DNA of 64,000 bases from an uncultured virus (IMG/VR IMGVR_UViG_3300007346_007557) (Duplodnaviria; Heunggongvirae; Uroviricota; Caudoviricetes), in the IMG/VR virus record IMGVR_UViG_3300007346_007557. The stretch is one strand, 5' to 3'. Positions within the stretch are counted from its first letter, which is position 1, and each line of letters opens with the position of its first letter. The position numbers and the translations under genes are program-made. Below, piece by piece: positions 19,838 to 31,900 of the stretch. The notes beneath the pieces were generated by a model, which saw only the letters and a list, made by a program, of their open reading frames with translations, was not told where the DNA came from and searched no databases.

Positions 19838-20539
19838 ATGGATATTAGTATTGAAAAAACTCCAAAACAAAAGTTAAGTAAATATGCAATTGATACTGCA
19901 AGCGGTATTAGTATTACTCATTTGCCTAACACAAGTCTTTCAAAGGTAAAAGATGCAGCAATAGAAATTAATGATTTAGCTGGAAGTTCAAAAGCTATGG
20001 CACATATTGCTGCACGTAATATACAAAGTGAAACTGAACTACATGAAAATTGTATTGCAATGCGCAAAGCAGGTGTTGATAAAGTTTTACTTATTGGAGG
20101 CAGTACGTATCATGGAAAAGTTTTTCAAACATTTTATGAAGTAAGAGATGCTATAGAATCATATGGCTTTGATATGTATTGTGGTGTATATCCACAAAGT
20201 GAAACTTACTCTAACATGGCATACACAAAGTATTTGCATTTTAAAGGAGGAATAAGTCAACTATGTTTCAATCCTAAAATGTTAAATACTTGGGAAAAGA
20301 AGACACGGTACGGTGTTGCAACTAACTGCTCTCTAGACGGTTTATGGAAATATGCAAAAATTTGTGGAATAACAGATAGTGTTGCTTATGCATTAGGCAA
20401 TTTAAGAGGATTAACATACGTTACTATGAAAGGATTTAACACGGTAAAGTTTGTAAAAGATTTAAGAAATGACAATCCTATACATCTTTATAATTTTGGA
20501 AAGTTAGATCAAACACTATTACAATTGGAGATGATGTAA
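19838..20539 (+). CDS. Methylenetetrahydrofolate reductase-like (MetF-type FAD TIM barrel), short form
   Basis: ITHLP, HIAARN, VLLIGG, GVYP, ISQLCF resemble MTHFR motifs. Confidence 0.6.
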   Translation: MDISIEKTPKQKLSKYAIDTASGISITHLPNTSLSKVKDAAIEINDLAGSSKAMAHIAARNIQSETELHENCIAMRKAGVDKVLLIGGSTYHGKVFQTFYEVRDAIESYGFDMYCGVYPQSETYSNMAYTKYLHFKGGISQLCFNPKMLNTWEKKTRYGVATNCSLDGLWKYAKICGITDSVAYALGNLRGLTYVTMKGFNTVKFVKDLRNDNPIHLYNFGKLDQTLLQLEMM

Positions 20540-20736
20540 TGCCAACAGGAACAATTTACAAATATAATAAAAATAGAAAGTTTAGTGTTATTAGACCTGA
20601 TAACTGGAAAACAGGATTAATTGATGTACTATTTGAAACAATTACTTTTGATGCAAAACTAGGTGATCGTGTTGAATACGATCAAATACAAATAAAAAGT
20701 AAAAGATATGCACAAAATCTTAAAAAAATAGGTTGA
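20539..20736 (+). CDS. Cold-shock-domain-like (OB-fold) protein, degenerate RNP motifs
   Basis: 65 aa; TGTIYKYN...FSVIRPD...DVLF...GDRVEY pattern follows the CspA layout. Confidence 0.6.
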   Translation: MPTGTIYKYNKNRKFSVIRPDNWKTGLIDVLFETITFDAKLGDRVEYDQIQIKSKRYAQNLKKIG

Positions 20737-20761
20737 CCTTTGTGTATTCTTTTGCTATATT
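20733..20761 (+). promoter_or_regulatory. sigma70-like promoter pointing into a non-coding region
   Basis: TTGACC, 17 bp, TATATT. Confidence 0.7.
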
Positions 20762-20769
20762 AAGAACAT

Positions 20770-20970
20770 AACAAAGACGACGGTCCGAGTTAGATAGTGC
20801 AAGGAAACGCTGCTTGGTAGAGGCAGTAACTTGGCTAGTAGTTGTAGTGACAGCGCATGAGCAAGGAGACTTGAAGATGTGTTTTTGGAAGTAACTATCC
20901 GATGCTAGGCTTCGCTTTTATGGAAGGATCTACAAAGGCGATTGTTGGTAATCCTTAATCCAACCTATCA
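20770..20970 (+). ncRNA. Candidate stand-alone pseudoknotted ncRNA (family not recognised)
   Basis: Own promoter and terminator, no ORF, dense nested and crossing helices. Confidence 0.65.
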
Positions 20971-21017
20971 TATATTATTAATCGTAATACGCGATGCTGA
21001 ACCTCGATTAATAAATT

Positions 21018-21047
21018 AAAAAGGTCTACTCTGGTAGGCCTTTTTTT
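21018..21047 (+). terminator. Rho-independent terminator closing the ncRNA unit
   Basis: AGGTCTAC-TCTG-GTAGGCCT followed by T-run. Confidence 0.85.
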
Positions 21048-21077
21048 GTGAACATAATAACCCATTTTTATGTTTTT

Positions 21078-21177
21078 GATAAATACTTATGTTAAGGTAA
21101 CGAGCCTCAACGAGGACTTATGAGGACCCAACCTCGTAGACCATAGAACGGCAAATGATTAAAAAAAGGAGAAAATC
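21078..21177 (+). promoter_or_regulatory. Late promoter plus structured 5' leader
   Basis: GATAAATA 21078-21085; GC-rich alternative helices 21096-21142; AAGGAG RBS. Confidence 0.5.
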
Positions 21178-21543
21178 ATGGGACGCCCAGTAAACAAAAG
21201 AAACTTCGGTACAACCGGTGTAGACGCAACACCAAAGGTGCCAATTAGATTCCACGACGGATCAAGTTTAATTGAAGGATATATTCTTTCACAAAGAGGA
21301 ACAAATAAATTTAATTGTTCAAACGACGGTGACACAATCACAAGAGTATGCAGACTTACATCAGACGGTTCAGCACCAAACGCAAATTTCGAATGTCAAC
21401 TAATTGGTATCGGTGCAGGCGGCGGTGCAATTGCAATTAAGAAATTGTTCAACAGAACAGCAGTAGATTACAATAACAATCGTTATACATGGACAACAGA
21501 AGACGACTCTACAGAATCATTGCTAAGATTAACTGCAATTTAA
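21178..21543 (+). CDS. Hypothetical virion structural protein
   Basis: Late promoter, strong RBS, first gene of the fibre operon. Confidence 0.6.
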   Translation: MGRPVNKRNFGTTGVDATPKVPIRFHDGSSLIEGYILSQRGTNKFNCSNDGDTITRVCRLTSDGSAPNANFECQLIGIGAGGGAIAIKKLFNRTAVDYNNNRYTWTTEDDSTESLLRLTAI

Positions 21544-21554
21544 GGAGTTAAACT

Positions 21555-22562
21555 ATGGGTATCTTTGTTAATCGAATAGGTGGTAACTACTACAAATTAC
21601 AAGTTGATACAGGCGGAGATATTATTCTTGATGTCGGTACAACGGGTAAAGTTACCATTGACGGTGACTTAGATGTGTTAGGTGAACAAACCAGTGTTGG
21701 ATCCACTCAACTTGTTGTAGACGATAATACTATTACCGTTAACAACGGAGAGACTGGAAATGGTATAACACTAGGAACTGCCGGACTTATTATGGATCGC
21801 GGTACTGATGATGATGCTCACTTCTTTTTTGATGAATCATTAGTCGGTAAAGGTGCTGAAATTGATGGTGCATTTGTAACAAGAATTGCCACAGGCGATT
21901 TAGTTAGCTTATACACCAATGCAATATTAACAAACGGCGAGACACTATATTTGGTAGGTACTGGTACAGGACTTGCAACGGTAACTGGTACAACTGATTA
22001 TGAAAAACAAATTTGGAATTACACAGGCGATAACATTAACTTAGAACCTTTAAATCCAGATGGATTAGTTGCACCTAACGATGACGATGCTTTACTCAAT
22101 GTAAAAGGTTTACAGGACTATGTCCGAGACTATTTTGCAATTAACTTTCAAGAAAAAATTACCACAGGAACTTTAACTCCTACAAGAGTTGAAGCATTTG
22201 ATACAGAAACTGGTGGAGTTACAAGTAGAGTTGAAATTAGTGTAGATGATACAATAATTGCAACTTTTTATGAAACTAGAGTAGAATTTGAAAATTTAAG
22301 ATTTGACGATGACACTATTACTAGTAACGGAATCAACGGTGATGTTGTGCTAAGAGCAGCAGGAACTGGATTTATTAAAATGGATGATTACACAAATTAT
22401 ACCATTCAAACAGATCCAGCTAGTCCTCCAACAGAAGGCACATTATTGTATAGTAAAACATTAGGAGATGGTGGTACAGGTTTGTATTTTAAAAATGAAG
22501 ACGGGACATCAGACGAATTGGTTAGTAGGAATAAAGCATTACTTTATAGTATTATATTTTAA
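21555..22562 (+). CDS. Virion structural (fibre/collar-associated) protein
   Basis: G/T/D-rich beta-strand repeats (GKVTIDGDLDVLG, LVVDDNTITVN) shared with the fibre proteins. Confidence 0.6.
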   Translation: MGIFVNRIGGNYYKLQVDTGGDIILDVGTTGKVTIDGDLDVLGEQTSVGSTQLVVDDNTITVNNGETGNGITLGTAGLIMDRGTDDDAHFFFDESLVGKGAEIDGAFVTRIATGDLVSLYTNAILTNGETLYLVGTGTGLATVTGTTDYEKQIWNYTGDNINLEPLNPDGLVAPNDDDALLNVKGLQDYVRDYFAINFQEKITTGTLTPTRVEAFDTETGGVTSRVEISVDDTIIATFYETRVEFENLRFDDDTITSNGINGDVVLRAAGTGFIKMDDYTNYTIQTDPASPPTEGTLLYSKTLGDGGTGLYFKNEDGTSDELVSRNKALLYSIIF

Positions 22563-22573
22563 GGATAAACAAC

Positions 22574-22906
22574 ATGGCAATAGTAAACGCAGCAATAGCA
22601 ACAACAGATACGACACTACTTACCGTGCCAGCAGGCAAGAAGTATGCTATCACTACTTTGCTTGTTTGTAATACTGCTACAGATGATGGTACAGGTGCAG
22701 GAGACACTAAGTTTGATTGTCACGTCATACCTGATGGACAAAGTAAAGCAACAACAAATTTAATCATTAATGATTTAGAAGTTGCAGCAGCAGATACTTT
22801 TACGTTTGCAGCTGAAAGATTAATTTTAGAAGAAGGTGATAGAGTTGTAGTTGTTGGAACAACACCTACAAATTTAAGCGCCACACTTAGTTATTTGGAA
22901 GTTTAA
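22574..22906 (+). CDS. Small beta-rich structural protein
   Basis: Jelly-roll-like pattern (LLTVPAGK...LILEEGDRVVV); in the fibre operon. Confidence 0.55.
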   Translation: MAIVNAAIATTDTTLLTVPAGKKYAITTLLVCNTATDDGTGAGDTKFDCHVIPDGQSKATTNLIINDLEVAAADTFTFAAERLILEEGDRVVVVGTTPTNLSATLSYLEV

Positions 22907-25900
22907 ATGAGTTTTATTAAGAAGCAGTCATTACACAAAAGAAAAGTAGGAGATAAGTCATTTATTCTTACTGCCGACGGCAACATTGAGATGAATCTTG
23001 CTGCCGGTAAAACATTTACGGTAGATGCAGATTTCATAGCAACTGGAGATGTATCAGGTCCAAAAACAGAAAATGTTTTTTATGTTACAAAAGATGGTAG
23101 TGATGATAATGACGGCCGAAGTTCTGACGGTAAAGGTGCATTTGCAACAATTAAAAAAGCAGCTGAAGTAGCACCTTCTGGCTCAACAATCATTGTTGCA
23201 CCAGGCGATTATTTTGAAGAAAATCCTATTACACTTAAAGACTTTGTAACCATTACAGGACAAGGTGAATTACGTAATACAAGATTATTTCCAAAAAATA
23301 ATACATCAGACTTCTTCTATATGGGTAATGGCTGTTACTTGTATCAACTTACATTTAGGGCACTTCGTGCGCCAGGATGGTGTGTAAAGATTAGACCAGG
23401 TGCATTGGTTACAACATCTCCTTATGTACAAAACTGCACAAATATGAACGGTCCTTGGTTAAACGACGGTACTGAATTTATACCGTTTGAAACCGTTCAA
23501 ATTGAAGGAATTGAACCGGGCGCAAGACCACTAACGTTAGCAGATAATCCAAGTCTTCCATTTGACAAACAAGTAAACTTAACCGGTGGCGGTGGCGGGA
23601 TGTTTGTCGACGGCGACGAATATGATCCAGCATCACTTGTGTTTTCATTTGTTGCAGACGCATTTACACAAATTGCTCAAGGTGGTCCAGGATTTGAAGT
23701 TACTAACTTTGGTTATACTCAGATTGTTAGTTGCTTCTCTGTTTTCTGTTCAACAGGATTCAAAACAACAAAAGGCGGCTATTTAAGTATCTCTAACTCG
23801 GTATCTGACTTTGGTACATTTGGTTGTGTTGCAGATGGATTTTATCCAATTGCATATACACAAGCTGTGCCAACTGAAGATTATTTTAGTACCGTTGGTA
23901 GTATTACAATCAATCAACCAGGAGTTGGATATACCAGCAATCCTACAATTACAATCGAATCCCCAGACGGTGCAGGTGGTGTAACAGCTACCGCTACTGG
24001 ACAAGTCGACCTTACCACAGGACAATTAGCTGCTATTACAATCACAAATAATGGTAGTGGATATACATCAGTACCAACCGTTACAATTACAGGCGGTGGC
24101 GCAACTATTCAAGCAGAAGGTACCGTAAACTTAACAACAAATAGTGTTATATCATTAGCAAGTTTACGAGATAAACCACAAACTGGTAGTATTATAAAAT
24201 TTGATGACGACGATACATATTACTACATTACAGCAAACTCAATTACAAAGACGCCATTTAATTATAATGAAGAAACTTGTAAAAGAGATGTAAGACGTAT
24301 TGTTGATGCTGTAACAGGTGATATTGTTTTAGGAACATATTATCAAACAACAGCAGCCGCTACTAGCTATTTACGTAGTACATCAACAAAGGTTATTTTA
24401 GATCAATTAGAACCTACAATATATGCAATTGAAGCTGCTAGAGATCAAATGAAAGCAAGAACAACAAATCTTGCAATGAAAGAAGAAATTGATCAGCGTT
24501 TTAATATTATTACAACAACTTTAGCAGCAGGTGACAGCACTGAAACAGAATTTGTTGGTAGTGACTTTGTAAATGCATTAAATGATATTAATAGTATTGA
24601 TAATGAAATAATTGAAGCAAAAAATAACATTCTTGCTAATAGAGATTTTATTATAGAAGAACTTACTGCTTATATTAATGATCAGTTTACAGAACTAAGT
24701 TATAACCAAACAAAATATACTAGTGAAATGTCAGAATTTATTACAAGTATGGCATACTACGTAGGCTTTAATGGAAGCGATCATAAAGTTTTAAGGGCTG
24801 CTCGCGAATGGAGCAATAGTAGAGCAAGATTTAATGATATGATGATATCTAGCTTTAGATATTTACAACAACGTTTCCTTGCATTATCTGAAGTACAAGC
24901 AAGTGCAGTTGCAGTTACAAATGTTAATGAAGCATTTGAACAACTTGCAAACATTATTGACGAAGGCGATAGTGCAGGTATTACTACAGAATTTCCGGCA
25001 GCAGTTGGTACTAATCAAAATGAAATTGATGCTAGAGATCAATTAATTGCAAATATGGATTTCTTGAAAGCAGAATTTATTGCATATCTTGATAGCATTA
25101 ACTCAACTATAAGTTATACTCAAAGTAAGTTTGAACAAGATGTTGAAAATGCTGTAAATAGTGTAATTTACGATATTATGTACGGAGGTAATACTGCAAC
25201 TAAAAAAGAAGCTGATTATTACTTCAATAGCGAAACTTGGAGTTCTAATTATACTCAAGTTGAAAGACAAGCTATTATTGACTCATGGGCAAGAACACGT
25301 TTTGCAATGCAACGTATTGTAAGAGGATTGTCAATTACTCCAACTACTGGTAATGCGCAAACACAAGATTTTACAAGTGGCACTGCAACTCAAATCGAAG
25401 CAAATATTGCTGATAGCTTGATTCAGTATTACGAAACCGTTTTGACCGATTTAGCATTAACTAATCTACCACTTGATGTTTTACCGTTATACGATGATGA
25501 ATCTGTATTACAACAAGCAGCAGCAAATACTATTTTAGCACAAAGAGATAATTTCATTGAGGATGCAATTGCTTATAATTTAGCAAACAACCCAACTCTA
25601 ACATATGATGTATCAAAATGTAAAAGAGATGTAGAATATATTATAGATGCAATATACAGCGATGCACAATTAGGCACAAACCATCGCAGTATTACTGCTG
25701 GTTTAGCTTACCAGAGAGCTAATGTTGCTTATTTGAATACAGAACAAAAACCTGCTACAATTATTGCTATGCGTGAAGCAAAACGTTTGTTAGTTGCAGC
25801 GGCAAATGGTAATTCAACATTCCAAACTGATGTAAGCAATTTGTTCGATGTAGTGCTTGACATTATTGAATTTAATCAATTACCAAGTGAAGGAACCGTG

Positions 25901-28900
25901 TATCCTGAACCAGGGCCTGCAAGTACTGAATTAATTAATTCAACAAATCAACTAATTGCAAACAAAGATTTTTTAGTAGCTGAAGTTATTGCAAAGATTG
26001 CAGTAGATAACTTTGTTTATGATCAAGCAAAGTGCGAAAGAGATACTGGAATCATACTAGATGGTGTATATTATGATGCAGCATTTGGAACCAATTATAA
26101 TGCAGTGACAAGCGGTCTTGCATATCAAAGAGGTAATAGTGCAAAAGTAATTAGTGATCAAATTACAGAAACCGTTGGTGCATTAACATTTGCAAAAGGT
26201 GAAGCAGCAACAGCTTTAGTATCTAATACTACCGCAGTGTCTAGAAGTAATGCAGCATTTGATGAAATTATTGATATTATTCAAAATGGAGCCGAAGGTA
26301 CAGATCAAGCAGCAGATCCTTTAACGTTTCCTAATCCAACAAGTGCAACCGCAGCACAAATTGCTGCAAAAGAACAACTACAGAATAACAGAGACTTCTT
26401 AGCAGCGGAAGCAGTATCTTACATTCAAAATAACTATCAAAACTTTACTTATAATAGTGAAAAGTGTGAACGTGATGTTGGATTAATCATGGATGCTGTT
26501 GCACTTGATGTTGTATTAGGAACAAACTTTAATGCAGTTACAGCAGGTTTAGCATATCAACGTGCAAGCAATGACTACTTACAAGACAATCAAAAAATAC
26601 AAACACTTAGTGCTTTACGTCAACTTAAAAAAGAAATAGTAGAAATTGGATTAAGTGACGATGCTGAACCATTAGCTGAAGCAGCTATGGACGAAGTTAT
26701 TGATATTTTAGAAAATGGTGTAATTAGTACTGATACAGCCGCGGACGCACTAGTATTTCCTGCACCTAGTAGTCTACCAACTGCAAATGCAGTTGAAGCA
26801 AAAGATCAACTTGTTGCAAACAAAGAGTTTATTAAAGACGAAATAATTGCATGGATTGGTGTAAACTATCCTGCTTTAACATATGATGCAGTAAAATGTG
26901 AACGTGATGTTGGATATATTATTGATGCATTATGTCATGACATTTTATACGGTGGAAATAGTGCCACTAAAATTGCAGCAGAAAGTTACTTTGTTGGTGC
27001 TGCAAGTCAACTAGGATCAGGTCAACAAGCTGCGACCGTAGCAGCATATCAGAGACTAAAAGATGTTGTTGGTGACGTAGTTATGGAATTATCTGTTGTT
27101 AAATCAGCAGGTAATGCGTTAAATCAAGATACTTCAGGAACACCAGCAAGTTCTACTGAAGCAGATGATGTAGAAGGTTTAGTTCAAATAATTGAAGATG
27201 TAATTGCAGCAGGAAACATAAGCGGGTTACCTGCAACACAATATCCATCTTTAACTTGGGCTGCAAATGATTTACAAGAAGCATATAGTCAAATTAAAGG
27301 AAATAAAGAATTTGTACAAGAGCGTATATTAATTCATATTGCAAATAATTTCCAAAGTTTTGATTATGATGAAGTAAAATGTCGTAGAGATGTAGGAATT
27401 ATGATAGAAGCAGTTGCTTATGATGCAGCAATTGGTACAAATTACAATTCTGTAACAGCAGGTCTAGCCTATCAAAGAGCAAATAGTTCATATGTTTTAA
27501 GTGGACAAAACTTACAAACGGTGCTGGCAATTAGATATCTAAGAGATCAAATTGCAGCTAACGGAACTTTACAAAGTAGTTTTAGAAGTGCTACAACTGC
27601 TGGGTTTAATGAAATAATTGATATTATCGAAAATGGTGTAGTAAGCACAGATACAGCAGCTGACGCTCTTGTATTTCCAGATCCTGGTATAGATGCAAAT
27701 CAAGTCAATGCAAAAGATAGAATGATTGCTAACAAAGAATATGCAGCAAAAGAAACTTCTGCATTTGTTACAAATAACTATCCAGCGGTAGTTTTTGATA
27801 GCACAAAATGTGAAAGAGACGTAAAATATATCATTGATGCATTATGTTATGATATTATGTATGGCGGCAATCTTGCAACTAAGCAAGCCGCAGAAAGTTA
27901 CTTTGTTGGTGCTGCAAGTCAGTTAGGTGCTGGACAAGCTACCGCTACCGTTGCTGCATACAACGAATTAGCAAACTTGCTATCAGATATTGTTCAAAAC
28001 ATTGCTCATGCAAGTAACGAACAAGTTGTTGTAACACAAGACACAAGCGGAAGCGCATCAGATGCAGGTACTGGTGGTGAAATACAAGACTTGTTACAAA
28101 TAATTGAAGATGTTATTGCAGCAGGAAATATTACTAATATTCCAGCAGATTCTAACACTGATATTACTTGGACTAGCGTATTAAATCAAGATAATTTTAC
28201 TTCATTGGTTGCTACTACAAGTGATTATCAAAATTTAGTTATAAACTATATAGAAAGAACATTTACAAGAACATTTACATTTAATGCTACAAAATGTAAT
28301 AGAGATACCAAGTACATTGTTGATGCTTTAACATATGATATTATTTACGGTGGTAATGCTGCAACACTTGATGCTGCTAGAAGCTATTATGTTGGAACAA
28401 CAAGTCAAGTTACAGGACAACAACAAGAAACAGCAAATGCTCTTGGATGGATTAAAACTTTATTAGGTGATGTGTTATTAGATGTTGCAGTTGCCGATCC
28501 AGAACAAACTGCCGAAACACAAGATGTTACAGCAGGTGCAGCAAGTGCAACTGAAGTTACTAGAGCAGAAACATTATTACAAATTATTCAAGATGTTATT
28601 ACTGATGGTTTAGATCAACTGCCAACAGAAACATTCCCTTCTACAGGGTGGATTTCTGCAGGAATTCAAACTGCAATTGATAACTTAGTAAGTGAAAAAA
28701 CAACAATTGTTAATGATACTATAAGTTACATTGAAACAACATATAATGGCTTCAGTTATGATATTGATAAGTGTTCAAGAGATACAGGATACATTATTGA
28801 TGCTGTTACACACGATTTACTTTATCAAGGCAACATTGCGACACTTATTGCAACTAGAGCTTATTTCTTAGGTACAGCTAATTATTTGCCAGATGAACAA

Positions 28901-31900
28901 AAAGATATAACCGTTGCAGCATATGAACATTTAGCTCAAGTTGCAGCTGATTGTATAGAAGGTACAGCAGTTACTCCGTCTGTAGGAAACACAGAACCAC
29001 AAGTTCTTGGCGGAGCATATGGTACATCTACAGAATCAGGTCAAGCTGTATTATTGTTTAGAATTCCAAAAAATGCAATTGACAACGGAACACTTGTAGG
29101 TACACCTGCTGAAATACAACCAGATTTTGCTTGGTTGCCAGCAACTATAAAATCAGCAGCAACAGACATGTTAGCTCAAAAAGTTAATATTCAAAACGGT
29201 GTTATTTCTTATATTACAGATAATTTAATTGATTTTGAATATAATATTGTAAAGTGTAAAAGAGATACAGGATACATTATTGAAGCATTAATATATGATT
29301 TAATGTATGGTGGTAACAAACAAACACGTAGAGCTGCACAAGCATATTACAATGGTGCAATTTTAGGAGCAGCAAAAGTTGGTAATGCAGATCAAGTTTT
29401 AGTTACAGCATATTCATATTACTACTTAGGTGATATATTAGCAAAAGTTGCAAAGAACGAAACGGTTACAAAAAGTTACAACAATACTGAAGTACAGGTA
29501 ATTACAACACCCGATAGTGATGATACAACAGCAACTAGAATTGAATTGTTAATTGATAGAATAGCTTTAAGTGTTCTTGAAGGATACACAACAGGTTGGC
29601 AAGAGAATAATCATAACTACGAATTAGGTAGTGGTGCTTACTTAACTGAAAGAAACACTATATTAGCAGACTTAGAAAGTATTGTAACAACAACAATTGA
29701 CGACTTAAATGCTGAATACGGTGGTGAAGCAACTATTACTATCTTCCCAGGTGTTATTAGTGTAACACAAGATAAAAAGGCAAATCTTTATAATGTTAGT
29801 ACAATTTCTACATCGGGACATGCATTTGAATATGTAGGTGCAGGTGTTGATTATAATGCTCTACCTTTCTTTGGCGGCACAGCAATTTCAGAAAACGAAA
29901 TTGTACAACTTAACCAAGGTAAAGTATTTGCTGGTGGTACGGTTGACCAAATTGGTAACTTTAGAGTTGGTGACTTATTTGCAGTTAATGCTCTAACAGG
30001 TGCGATTGATCTAAATGCTAACCAAATTAGTTTAGAAGGCTTGACAAGTGTTGGTCCGTTTATTAGAAATGGTATTCCAGTTGGTGTCGAATTAAAAGAG
30101 GTTAGCGACAATACTAACTTACTTGCAAGTACAGGTACTCAAGACTTCCAAACTGCTCCTACACAAAGAGCTGTTGGAATTTATGTAGAAAATAGATATC
30201 TAAACAAATTAACTGGTGGTACGGTTACTGGTAATATTGTATTGAACGGTGACTTTGATGTTAACGGTGATGTTATTAGTACTGATACAAGTGGTACATT
30301 TAACCTACTTAATACAAGTGCTACTACTATAGAAGCATTTGGTGATGCAACTACCATTAACATGGGTGCGCCTACAGGTACATTTACAATTAATCCAGAT
30401 TTAGTTGTAGAAGGTGATTTAACCGTTAATGGTGATATTGTACTTACAGGTGATTACTCACTAAACATTCCAGATGAGAGCTTACAAGCGTATAGCATCA
30501 GTACTGAAGGTAGCTTAGACTACGTTAGTATTAACACAAGAACAGACGAAGAAAAAATTACTTTTGGAGAAAGACCACAAGTTGAAATTCAAAATCTAAT
30601 AGAGTCTACAAGCACTACAACAGGTGCATTAGTAGTTGATGGCGGTGTTGGAATAGCAAAAAGTTTGTATGTAGGTATTGATTTTACTGCTAATGGTAAT
30701 GTTATTCTTGGCGATGATAGAGCAGTTGACACTCTTGATATTAATGCTACAACAGATATTGATGTTCCAGATAACGCAACCGATGTGTTTAGAATTCATG
30801 AAAATATTAATGATTACATTAGTATAAACACAACAGATAATTCAGAAGTTGTAGAATTTGGCGCAACTCCTAATGTAATAATTCTAAATGCAGATGATGC
30901 TACTGATAATGTAACTGGTGCATTACAAGTTACAGGTGGTATTAGCACTCAAGTTAACGTTCATGCAGGACAAGATATTGTTGCTGACAGAGACATAATT
31001 GCAGACAGAGATATTGAAGTAAATGGTACTAATATCATTACTGACGAAACTGGAACATTTAATGTCTTTAACACAAACGCAACTACAATCAATGCATTTG
31101 GCGATGCTACTGCAATCAACATTGGTGCAGATACCGGTACATTAACCGTTGCAAACGAAATAACAATTTTTGATAGTGTGGAAGCAATCCAAATTCCAGT
31201 CGGTACTGATTTAGAACGTCCAACAGAAGCAACAGGTCAAATACGTTTTAACACTGACAGCACAAGTTTTGAAGGCTATGACGGAACAGCGTGGGGTAGC
31301 TTAGGCGGAGTAAGAGATGTTGATCAAGATACATTTATTAGACCAGAATCTACTCCAGGTGCAGACGAAGATACTATTACATTCCATACAAACGATGTTC
31401 AAAGGATGTCATTAGGCAATACTTTGTTAAACATTGATGCTACCGTAAAAGTAACAATAGATAGCACAGAAGTATCATCTAATTATAACACAGGCGCATT
31501 AGTAGTAGCCGGAGGTGTTGGTATTGCTAAAGACTTGTATGTTCAAGGATTTATTAGTGGTAATAATTCGGGTGTGTTACAGCTAACAGATCTTGCAAGT
31601 GACAAGATTTTAATCAAAGCTGACACAATTGAATCTCCAGAATCTATTAAATGGATATCAAATGCACCTGATAGTGCAGCAGATGATATTGTTTATCCAA
31701 TCAGTTTAGCACACCATAGTGTAAGCGGATCGCCAGCTGTTGGAAGCGGTACAGGACTAAGATTTGAACTTGAAACATCAAACAGCAATTATGAAATTGG
31801 CGGACAAATTGATTCAATTGTGCAAGACATAACTGGAAACCAAGAAGACTTTGACATGGTATTCAGCACTATGAATTCTGGTTCTGTTACTGAAAAGTTT

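Noticed and set aside
20770..20970. tRNA, tmRNA, RNase P or 6S identity for the structured RNA
   Set aside because: No T-loop GTTCRA or CCA acceptor arrangement, no tag ORF, no GAGGAAAGTCC motif, not a simple rod
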